NCBI GenBank assembly: GCA_965219535.1
Contig: CBDCNV010000002.1
Span: 1-32,000, forward strand
DNA: 32,000 nucleotides
Reading direction: 5' to 3'
DNA from: Opitutales bacterium
GTDB taxonomy: Bacteria; Verrucomicrobiota; Verrucomicrobiia; Opitutales; PNEW01
Shown: positions 20,928 through 27,917 of the stretch, one piece after another
How positions within the stretch are numbered: the first letter of the stretch is position 1
How the letters are laid out: each line of letters opens with the position of its first letter
Position numbers and translations under genes: made by a program
Notes under the pieces: model-generated
The model's database searches: none
Told to the model about the DNA's origin: nothing
What the model saw: the letters and a program-made list of their open reading frames with translations, nothing else

Positions 20928-21017
20928 GTTGACTCGAATCGCACTTTGACTGGTAACATAAAAAGAGAGATAGACCGTTATTTGTCCATGACCGCAAAAC
21001 ACAAACAAAGGGTGCCC
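20928..21017 (+). repeat. Dispersed non-coding repeat, copy B
   Basis: GTTGACTCGAATCGCACTTTGACTGGTAACATAAAAAGAGAGATAGACCGTTATTTGTCCATGACCGCAAAACACAAACAAAGGGTGCCC. Shares both modules with copy A. Confidence 0.7.
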
Positions 21018-21345
21018 AAACGGGGAAGTCAGATCCACGGCGAGGGTGTTACTGAAACTGAACCGCACAACCGCCATTATGTCCAGTATGTTTTTAAGTA
21101 ATTGATTAACAACATATTAATTTTACACACAAAATACCTAACGGTCTTAAAACGACATGAACTAAGGAGTAGCCCTTAATTTTATCCCCTAGTTTCAGTC
21201 GAGATCATACCCTCATTGTGACAATAAAAAGCTGTCCCGATAGAGGGTGTTGTGCAAGTTCAGTCCTGCACGAAGCCCCGAGTCCGTGCATCATAACGAT
21301 TCATCCGCCTGGGGTTCGTTCCGCATTGCCCGTTCCGTCTTTGAA

Positions 21346-21420
21346 GGTCAACGAGTCCCCCAGTCAACGAGTCCCCAGTCAACTAGCTTCCCAGTCAACC
21401 AGTCCCCAGTCAACCGAGCC
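21346..21420 (+). repeat. Five tandem 13-16-nt direct repeats, core AGTCAAC(N)AGTCCCC (iteron-like)
   Basis: GGTCAACGAGTCCCCC / AGTCAACGAGTCCCC / AGTCAACTAGCTTCCC / AGTCAACCAGTCCCC / AGTCAACCGAGCC, contiguous. No credible coding context. Confidence 0.85.
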
Positions 21421-21874
21421 GGAGCGGTATACAGAACGAGCATAACCATGTAACGTAAAGCAAAGGGAGGCGGGGGGGTGCCGCCGCCGAAGGCGGTCGA
21501 CCCTGATCTATCGGTCTGCGACGCAAAAAATATTTTTACAAAAGGGAACGTTTAACAGCAAAATAATTAAAAACGAACACCTCTTAATTTGCCCTAGAAC
21601 GCTTATCACCTAAAACCTTACCTTGATTGACATGCAACGCCCTTTCTCAAGGCGCTCAGGCACCTTGAAGAGCTTGAATGGCGGCACAACAAACCGCGAC
21701 AATCCCCACATCTTCCCCGATACGTTGTGTCGGATCATGAATACGGGCAAACTAACTTATCAGTGACTGGTCAAAGTCTCGTGATACCCTGAAAGAATAT
21801 TGGAGCAGTAGCATTACTCGGAACTTCCTCCATCGCAACTTTAGGCATAATATTCCTTGCCGTTTGCAGGTCAG

Positions 21875-22036
21875 CTGTTTGAGAGTATGTGGACAGTTTT
21901 TTAAAATATCGGTGCCAGATTTCTCGCTTATCGAGGAGTTCAGTGTTGAATTGTTCCAAACTGGGAAAATCGATACCGAACTTTCTAAGTGTGGCGAGGA
22001 GGTCAGTGATCTTAAGGTAATCGTCGGGCCTGAGTC
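21875..22036. repeat. Repeat D, long copy (D1)
   Basis: CTGTTTGAGAGTATGTGGACAGTTTTTTAAAATATCGGTGCCAGATTTCTCGCTTATCGAGGAG...TCAGTGATCTTAAGGTAATCGTCGGGCCTGAGTC. On the minus strand it encodes the tail of a decayed ORF (…DDYLKITDLLATLRKFGIDFPSLEQFNTELLDKREIWHRYFKKL…). Confidence 0.8.
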
Positions 22037-22322
22037 ACCATCATGAGCAATAATTATGAAGTCCCTGGTAAATCCGCCTGTATTGGGTGTCCATATAAAA
22101 ATGATAATTCCTGGCGAGAAATAAAGAAACGACCTAAAGAATGGGCGGATGCGGTTGAGATAGACGACGCAATCCGCAACGGCCGGCGTCAGGGGAACCA
22201 CTCAGAAATTGTATTTACATAAGAGCTTTACCCCGCTAAGGGATGTTGATTTATCAACTGATGCCGACAGGAGCCAGTTGGATATGTTTGAAAATGAGTG
22301 CGATGGATATTGCGGAGTATAA
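22034..22322 (+). pseudogene. C-terminal remnant of a phage/plasmid-type PAPS-reductase-like protein, frameshifted
   Basis: Frame 1 gives ...CIGCPYKNDNSWREIKKRPKEWADAVEIDDAIRNG... up to the TAA at 22220. Frame 2 from about 22206 gives KLYLHKSFTPLRDVDLSTDADRSQLDMFENECDGYCGV*. As I recall it, the ...LH.S..PL..VDL....Q.DMF.NEC.G.CGV tail is characteristic of that family. The N-terminal catalytic part is missing. Confidence 0.5.
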
Positions 22323-22341
22323 TTTCCCATTTCAAAAAACA

Positions 22342-22695
22342 ATGCAGGTATTAAGTAAAGAGATCGACGATAAATATAAAGAGGCTATTTACAAGAAGCG
22401 CCAGAAATGCTACGATGAGCTTTCCGCGATCATGTTTGGGCAAAGATTTGAATGCACTTTCATACATGCCTACACAGGAGAAATTATAGTAAAACCTAAA
22501 ATGAGAATAGGAGTGAGATTTATTAGAATGATAGTTGCTCATTTGGAGGCAGTCGAAATATTCGTGCCTTTGGGGAGTAAAGAAAAACATGTTTATAATC
22601 GTATTATGAGTGTCATTAAATTGAACCGGACGAATTTTAAAATTCTCAGAGCAAATAGAGACTCTGAAATTAAGCTGTATGCCTTTAACAGCTAA
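22342..22695 (+). CDS. Hypothetical protein (117 aa from the internal ATG; the track ORF starts at 22243 but that part overlaps the remnant above)
   Basis: AT-rich ORF MQVLSKEIDDKYKEAIYKKRQKCYDEL... with no recognisable motif. Confidence 0.3.
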   Translation: MQVLSKEIDDKYKEAIYKKRQKCYDELSAIMFGQRFECTFIHAYTGEIIVKPKMRIGVRFIRMIVAHLEAVEIFVPLGSKEKHVYNRIMSVIKLNRTNFKILRANRDSEIKLYAFNS

Positions 22696-22775
22696 GCTTG
22701 TAAAACCCTATTACAAGAATCATCCGATCCTGAAACCGCCGACAAAGGCTCAGGCTAAATGGATGATTGAGTCAC

Positions 22776-22874
22776 CTGTTTGAGAGTATGTGGACAATTT
22801 TTTAAAATATCGGTGCCAGATTTCTCGCTTATCGAGGAGATCAGTGATCTTAAGGTAATCGTCGGGCTTGAGTC
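22776..22874. repeat. Repeat D, short copy (D2), lacking 63 bp present in D1
   Basis: Near-identical to D1 on both sides of the deletion. The deletion end points coincide with a duplicated CGAGGAG heptamer in D1 (21932-21938 and 21995-22001). Confidence 0.8.
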
Positions 22875-23099
22875 GCATCCTGGACCGAGCATCATAACGA
22901 TCCATCCATCTGCTGCATGGTCTCCTTTATAGGTTAGATAAGACTTGGGGATTATATACTTCAAACCGCATAGAGCAAAACAGCCTACGCCATGGCAGGA
23001 CTCTCAATTGTTCCCTTGTAGAGTTTATGAGACCCTTTCGTGTCATCCCCCCACAAGGCAACCGCTCATACTATGTGTTCTGCGCGAGCTTTGCCCGCC

Positions 23100-24083
23100 C
23101 TACGGACTCTCCTCCATATCCTCCAGATAATAGCCGGCGCCGATCAGAATCGGCAGTCCAAAGGACACGATCCGCTTGACGAATGCCACCTTGCGCCCCT
23201 CCATTCCACTCGATGGATTGCGCTTCGTGTAATACAGGAAACTCTCTCCGAAGGCGTCCGCTACGCTCACAAGATCCTGGTCTTCGACCGGTCCTACCAA
23301 CTCGGACATTATATCATCCGGCTCGCTGTATGAATCGCCACTGAACAGCGTGTAGCCATAAGTATCGATGGCAAACAAGTAGATTGATCCGTGTTTCCAT
23401 CGCGGGTCCGTGGTTAAAGTGTTGATCGCAAAGTAGCCTTTCATTTCAAGTTCCATCGCAGCGCAATGGACAAACTCCTTTAACCTCTCGTTGGAAGGAT
23501 CACTATCGAGCAACATGGCATTGACCTCTTGACTCCAGCACGTGCCCGGAATGTCGCGCTGGTAGATCCCCGCGCCAATTGCGGCCGGAGTCCCGTTCCA
23601 GTCGATGCTCCTGACGTAGGAAGCCTTCGGCTCCTCCCTGTCCGTCGCTGGATTTGTAATGGAGTAGTAGATCCAGCTCTCCTCGACGATGCTCATGATA
23701 CGATATAGTTCCCTGAAGTAGTCGTTGCCGAAGGAGTCGACAAACAGTCCCCACGGTTTCCCTTCCCTTGAAGGATCGGGCGGGTAGACGATCGCTCGAG
23801 CCATATCGGTCATTGATGTCACTTCGTCGACAAAGACATAAAACTGACCGCTGTTCCAACGCTCGTCTTCGTGAAAAGCCCTGCGTGCCTCACTGAAGCC
23901 CTTTGCACGGGCATACTCGTAGGCGCACTGAACGAACGCCTCTATGTCCTCCGGTGTGCGCACCGCACTGGCTACGATGGAGTGATCAGAGCAAGACACA
24001 GCTTCTTGAGCGCCAAACATCGGCAGCACAGCGAACATGGAGATTAAGGGAATCAGCAATGGATAGAAATGGTGTTTCATCAT
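23100..24083 (-). CDS. Secreted/periplasmic protein with two tandem single-Cache (sCache_2-like) domains, paralog 1
   Basis: 327 aa. Signal peptide MMKHHFYPLLIPLISMFAVLPMFGA. Two repeats of the pattern A..F..D.RW..G..Y.F..D......PPDP...G.....D..G......W.YY...NP......K..Y......IGAG.Y. No TM or output domain. Confidence 0.8.
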   Translation of the reverse strand: MMKHHFYPLLIPLISMFAVLPMFGAQEAVSCSDHSIVASAVRTPEDIEAFVQCAYEYARAKGFSEARRAFHEDERWNSGQFYVFVDEVTSMTDMARAIVYPPDPSREGKPWGLFVDSFGNDYFRELYRIMSIVEESWIYYSITNPATDREEPKASYVRSIDWNGTPAAIGAGIYQRDIPGTCWSQEVNAMLLDSDPSNERLKEFVHCAAMELEMKGYFAINTLTTDPRWKHGSIYLFAIDTYGYTLFSGDSYSEPDDIMSELVGPVEDQDLVSVADAFGESFLYYTKRNPSSGMEGRKVAFVKRIVSFGLPILIGAGYYLEDMEESP

Positions 24084-24284
24084 TTGTAATTATTTGCGAT
24101 TCTTCGCTTTTGACATTTTGGGAAGTAAAGTTTGCGTTGGGAGCCTCTCATCTCTTGTCCGCCCCAGGTATTCAATGGCTCGTTCTTTGGTTCGGAAAGA
24201 CTCTAATAGTTCAATTATACTCATCATAAGCAACTCTACATGACAGGTTCTCCTACCATGTGTTCTGCGCGAGCTTTGCCCGGC

Positions 24285-25343
24285 TTACGGACTCTCCTCC
24301 ATGTCCTCCAGATAATAGCCGGCGCCGATCAGAATCGGCAGTCCAAAGGACACCACCCTCTTGACGAATGACACCTTGCGCTCCTCCATCTCACTCGACG
24401 GATTGCGTATCGTGTAATACAGGAAGCTCTCTCCGAAGGCGTCCGCTACGCTCACAAGATCCTGGTCTTCGATCGGTCCTACCAACTCGGACATTATCTC
24501 TCCGAAGGCGTCGGCGTCCTCAACGCTCACAAGATCCTGATCTTCGTCCGTTCCTACCAACTCGGACATTATATCATCCGGCTCGCTGTATGAATCGCCA
24601 CTGAACAGCGTGTAGCCATAAGTATCGATGGCAAACAAGTAGATTGATCCGTGTTTCCATCGCGGGTCCGTTGTCAAAGTGTTGATCGCAAAGTAGCCTT
24701 TCATTTCAAGTTCCATCGCAGCGCAACGGACAAACTCCTTCAACCTCTCGTTGGAAGGATCGTCATCGAGCAACATGGCATTGACCTCTTCACTCCAGCA
24801 CGTGCCCGGGATGTCGCGCTCGTAGATCCCCGCGCCAATCGCGGCCGGAGTCCCGTCCCAGTCGATGCTCTTGAGGTAGGTACTCTTTGGCTCATCCCTG
24901 CCCGTTACCGGGTTTGTAAAGGAGTAGTACATCCACCCGTCCCCGACGCTGCTTATAACACGATGAAATTCTTTATACCAGTCGTTGCCAAAGACGTCGA
25001 TTATCGGTTCTCCCCACGGCACCCCTTCCAGCGAAGGGTCAGGTGGGTAGACGAATGATATGGATGCCTCGGTGGGTACCACTTCGCTAACGAAGAGATA
25101 GATTGGGCCGCTGTTCCAGCGCTCGTCCTCATTAAAAGCCCTGCGTGCCTCACTGAAGCCCTCTTCCTGGACATACTCGTAGGCGCACTGAACGAACGCC
25201 TGTATGTCCTGCCGTGTGCGCACTGCGCTGGCCACGATGGAGTGCTCGGCGCAAGACGGAGGTTCAGCAGCACCGAACATCGGCAGCACAGCGAACGTTG
25301 AGATTAAGAGAATCAGAAATGGACAGAGCTGGTGTTTCATCAT
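24285..25343 (-). CDS. Secreted/periplasmic double-Cache protein, paralog 2 (with a 25-aa internal duplication)
   Basis: 352 aa, same architecture. The 3' half is about 95% identical by eye at nucleotide level to paralog 1. Confidence 0.8.
   Translation of the reverse strand: MMKHQLCPFLILLISTFAVLPMFGAAEPPSCAEHSIVASAVRTRQDIQAFVQCAYEYVQEEGFSEARRAFNEDERWNSGPIYLFVSEVVPTEASISFVYPPDPSLEGVPWGEPIIDVFGNDWYKEFHRVISSVGDGWMYYSFTNPVTGRDEPKSTYLKSIDWDGTPAAIGAGIYERDIPGTCWSEEVNAMLLDDDPSNERLKEFVRCAAMELEMKGYFAINTLTTDPRWKHGSIYLFAIDTYGYTLFSGDSYSEPDDIMSELVGTDEDQDLVSVEDADAFGEIMSELVGPIEDQDLVSVADAFGESFLYYTIRNPSSEMEERKVSFVKRVVSFGLPILIGAGYYLEDMEESP
24429..24572. repeat. Intragenic tandem duplication (69-nt unit + 75-nt unit) in paralog 2
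   Basis: CTCTCCGAAGGCGTC...CTACCAACTCGGACATTAT occurs twice in a row. Paralog 1 has one unit (about 23243-23311). Accounts for the 25-aa length difference. Confidence 0.85.
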
Positions 25344-25446
25344 TAGTATATATTCATTCGGGATTCTTTGCTATTGGAATGGTGGAAAGGTCAAATTGTT
25401 TAGTATTAATCATATTTGTCAATAATCTCAATAAGAGGGTAGTGAC

Positions 25447-26361
25447 TCAGTTTGAAATTCTTTTCTTATAAGGCCCTCTGGGATTTGTTTTTGATTCCGA
25501 ATCCTCGATTAGATCGATAATATCAAAGACATCCCAAAGCCTATGTGTTAATCCCGCTTCCATCGCGGGAGATACACGCAAGGTCTTGTGTAGCCTACAA
25601 AAATTGTAAAATACGGTATAAAGGGAGCATGAATAAAGGTGGTTTTCTAACTTCTTGGAAAAGGCGTTTGTCAGCCGAGTAAAACGCCTCATTGACATTC
25701 TCATGGTGAGGTTGTGACGTTCGACGTGCGAAGTGCTGATTGATTTCTTTTTTGGATTCCCGTTGATGTTGTTTTTTACCGAGCTTTTGAATATCGGCGG
25801 GCTGTATCGCTTAGTCTTATGGTAGTCCTCACCGTAGACCTTTACTAGTTGGGCGTAATCGACATCACCGCCAAATGCTTCTTCTACGGCATCCAGGTAG
25901 ACCCGATAACCATCAGTGGTTAGTTGGACTCGATTTGCAAGGCGTCCTTTCAGATCATGCATAAACTCGTAGGCAGTCGACGCTGTCCGATCACCTATCT
26001 GATAGGAGATGATTAACTTGCTATCGCTGTCTAGGGCTGTCCAAGTCCAAACATCACCAGACCCTTCTGGTGCCGCTTTTGACTGTTTAACATTCTTTTC
26101 CTTTGCATAGCAGAAAGACCATATTTCGTCACATTGGACACGCTGTGCTTTGACATTACGAACTGCCTTGTCGTGGAATTCAACACAAGCCTTACCAGCA
26201 TCAACCAGTAGCTTGGCAACGGTATTAGTTGATACATCAACAGTGCGAGCGATTGCTCTTTGTGACATCCCCTCAACCAGAAGGGAAAGGATCATTGCTT
26301 GTTTCTCTCTTGGCAGCTTATTCATACTGACTAAAATGACATAAATGCCTAGCATAGTCAA
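25447..26361 (-). CDS. IS1-family-like single-ORF transposase (probable start at 26325, MNKLPREKQ...)
   Basis: N-terminal HTH (GMSQRAIARTVDVSTNTVAKLL), DEIWSFCYAKEKN, WTWTALDSDSKLII, TTDGYRVY, HVERHNLTMRMSMRRFTRLTNAFSKK. The motif order is as in IS1-type DDE transposases. Element ends not resolved, though GGTAGTGAC abuts the stop at 25438-25446. Confidence 0.7.
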   Translation of the reverse strand: MTMLGIYVILVSMNKLPREKQAMILSLLVEGMSQRAIARTVDVSTNTVAKLLVDAGKACVEFHDKAVRNVKAQRVQCDEIWSFCYAKEKNVKQSKAAPEGSGDVWTWTALDSDSKLIISYQIGDRTASTAYEFMHDLKGRLANRVQLTTDGYRVYLDAVEEAFGGDVDYAQLVKVYGEDYHKTKRYSPPIFKSSVKNNINGNPKKKSISTSHVERHNLTMRMSMRRFTRLTNAFSKKLENHLYSCSLYTVFYNFCRLHKTLRVSPAMEAGLTHRLWDVFDIIDLIEDSESKTNPRGPYKKRISN

Positions 26362-26378
26362 GTATTATTTTTACTTTA

Positions 26379-27017
26379 TTATGTGTTTTTCCTTTGAGTT
26401 TTATACACTGTATGGTCCTGATCCCACCATAACACGTGAAAGATTGCTCCTTCTCGAACCCCCCAGATACGTTCCTTCTTACCAAAGTTTAATTGATGCA
26501 ATACACCCGCACCTGGGAATTTGGTCTTCTGCAATCGCGCCTTGGCTTTAGTATTTATCTTTGCAATATCCATGGCGTGATTATGAGAACCTTTAAGAAG
26601 CTCACCCCATGACATACCTTCATAATCATGTAATCGATTGATAATTTTAAACAGCAGACAAGCAGTAACTTTTCCCCAACCCCAAGCACCATGACCTGGG
26701 AATTTGGTCTTCTGCAATCGCGCCTTGGCTTTAGTATTTATCTTTGCAATATCCATGGCGTGATTATGAGAACCTTTAAGAAGCTCACCCCATGACATAC
26801 CTTCATAATCATGTAATCGATTGATAATTTTAAACAGCAGACAAGCAGTAACTTTTCCCCAACCCCAAGCACCATGATAATCTATGTCCCTAACGCGCCA
26901 AGTAAACGTACTTTTATTAGCTTCTATACTCTTTTCAGCACCACGTGGTCTCTTGCCATGGCCTGGCTTATGACCTGTTCGGACTAACTTGTCAGCCCGT
27001 TTATTTCTCTTCGGCAC
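26379..27017 (-). CDS. Hypothetical protein, candidate toxin partner of the upstream Panacea-domain gene; contains a 61-aa exact internal duplication
   Basis: 212 aa. Basic N-terminus, ...FTWRVRDIDYHGAWGWGKV..., C-terminal ERIWGVREGAIFHVLWWDQDHTVY. Starts 9 nt after the DUF4065 gene stop. Confidence 0.7.
   Translation of the reverse strand: MPKRNKRADKLVRTGHKPGHGKRPRGAEKSIEANKSTFTWRVRDIDYHGAWGWGKVTACLLFKIINRLHDYEGMSWGELLKGSHNHAMDIAKINTKAKARLQKTKFPGHGAWGWGKVTACLLFKIINRLHDYEGMSWGELLKGSHNHAMDIAKINTKAKARLQKTKFPGAGVLHQLNFGKKERIWGVREGAIFHVLWWDQDHTVYKTQRKNT
26511..26876. repeat. Perfect 2 x 183-bp tandem duplication inside the 26379-27017 CDS
   Basis: 26511-26693 and 26694-26876 are identical base for base by my reading. 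183 = 61 codons, in frame. Confidence 0.95.
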
Positions 27018-27026
27018 TCCAACAAC

Positions 27027-27503
27027 CTAAGATTCCGGCTCTAATCCACTGTAATATTCAAGTATGGCTTCTAAGGTGATTTCTTCTCCACTATGAGCGT
27101 CATTGTGTAAAGTTCCTCGAGCGTCACGCCATGGAGCTTCCATATGGGACAAATCACTCAACCAGACAGAGGTTTTATCACCGTAGTAAGCAAGCACCTC
27201 ATCAATAGTCTCTTTTGCAACCCAATCCAGATTAGAAACTGAACCTCTAATTTTAGAGATAAGCCATTGGCCACGATGCTGCTGATACAATTTCGGCACC
27301 ACTGGGCCATAAGTCCAAGCTTCTATCCGCTCTGAAAACAAAGGCCGTTCATCCCATACCAACGACCAAACCTGTGAATAATACACAAGTTTTTGTAGTT
27401 TTACCGCCGTTATAGGGCCTTTTTTGCTAAGGATGTATTTAGCGACGTCAAAAACACTAGCTTTTGCTATATAGCTTTTCTTGTTGGTTTGTGACATTTT
27501 CAA
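27027..27503 (-). CDS. Panacea / SocA-like (DUF4065) domain protein, putative antitoxin
   Basis: 158 aa. FDVAKYILSKKGPITAVKLQKLVYYSQVWSLVWDERPLFSERIEAWTYGPVVPKLYQ is the canonical DUF4065 core (KLQKLxYY...W.....PLF...IEAW..GPV). Confidence 0.8.
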   Translation of the reverse strand: MKMSQTNKKSYIAKASVFDVAKYILSKKGPITAVKLQKLVYYSQVWSLVWDERPLFSERIEAWTYGPVVPKLYQQHRGQWLISKIRGSVSNLDWVAKETIDEVLAYYGDKTSVWLSDLSHMEAPWRDARGTLHNDAHSGEEITLEAILEYYSGLEPES

Positions 27504-27522
27504 ACCTTTTTATTTATAATGT

Positions 27523-27744
27523 TTATTTTTCCCCCCATCGGGTTATAGCAGCCTTTTGAGCACTTTCTCGACGTTGTTCCTTAGTCAATGACTTAGCACG
27601 AGCGATCCCGCCTGCTTTCCCAGCTTTACGCTTGCCCTCGTCAATACGAGTTTCCTCGATTTCACCCGTTGCGATCTTCATAACCTTGACAGCGCAACCT
27701 GTCACATCTGCCGGACGTTTTTGTCCTTGTGGTCCTACTGGCAT
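27523..27744 (-). CDS. Small basic protein (73 aa), first gene of the Panacea operon
   Basis: KRPADVTGCAVKVMKIATGE...GKAGGIARAKSLTKEQRRESAQKAAITRW. I recall the N-terminal RPADV..NAV.VM.IATGE motif and the C-terminal GG.ARA..L..E.R..IA.KAA..RW motif recurring in small proteins of mobile elements. Only 19 nt from the next gene. Confidence 0.6.
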   Translation of the reverse strand: MPVGPQGQKRPADVTGCAVKVMKIATGEIEETRIDEGKRKAGKAGGIARAKSLTKEQRRESAQKAAITRWGEK

Positions 27745-27917
27745 TTATCTCTCCTTTTTTTGTTCCCTCGGCCGATGTGCAACTCGCCGAGGGAACAAGT
27801 TAATAAACGTATAATAAAATACCATGTCAAGTAGCTATTGCGTAATATTTTTAATATGTTAGAACCTCTAATTGTATAATTTTTATCTTTTTAAAAGAAT
27901 ATAACAAAGGGAAAATT

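Noticed and set aside
19530-21017. Idea that repeats A/B/C are retron msr/msd-type or other defence-associated ncRNAs.
   Set aside because: There is no reverse transcriptase or other partner gene in the window, and I found no convincing conserved secondary structure by eye. I kept them only as unexplained repeats.
20844-21101. 85-aa plus-strand ORF.
   Set aside because: It runs through repeat copy B and adjacent non-coding repeats. The sequence is low-complexity with no ribosome-binding site, so it most likely arises by chance in non-coding DNA.
21346-21420. Could the short tandem repeats be a CRISPR array?
   Set aside because: The units are 13-16 nt and contiguous, with no spacers. There is no palindromic repeat structure and no cas genes in the window.
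21752-22201. 149-aa minus-strand ORF.
   Set aside because: It is a chimera of frames across repeat D1 and the antisense of the PAPS-reductase-like remnant. The frame that looks protein-like in D1 is a different one and lacks a start codon.
25438-26420. Attempt to define terminal inverted repeats for the IS1-like element.
   Set aside because: GGTAGTGAC abuts the transposase stop and resembles IS1-type ends. I could not find a convincing inverted partner upstream of the start (26362-26420), so the element limits are left undefined.
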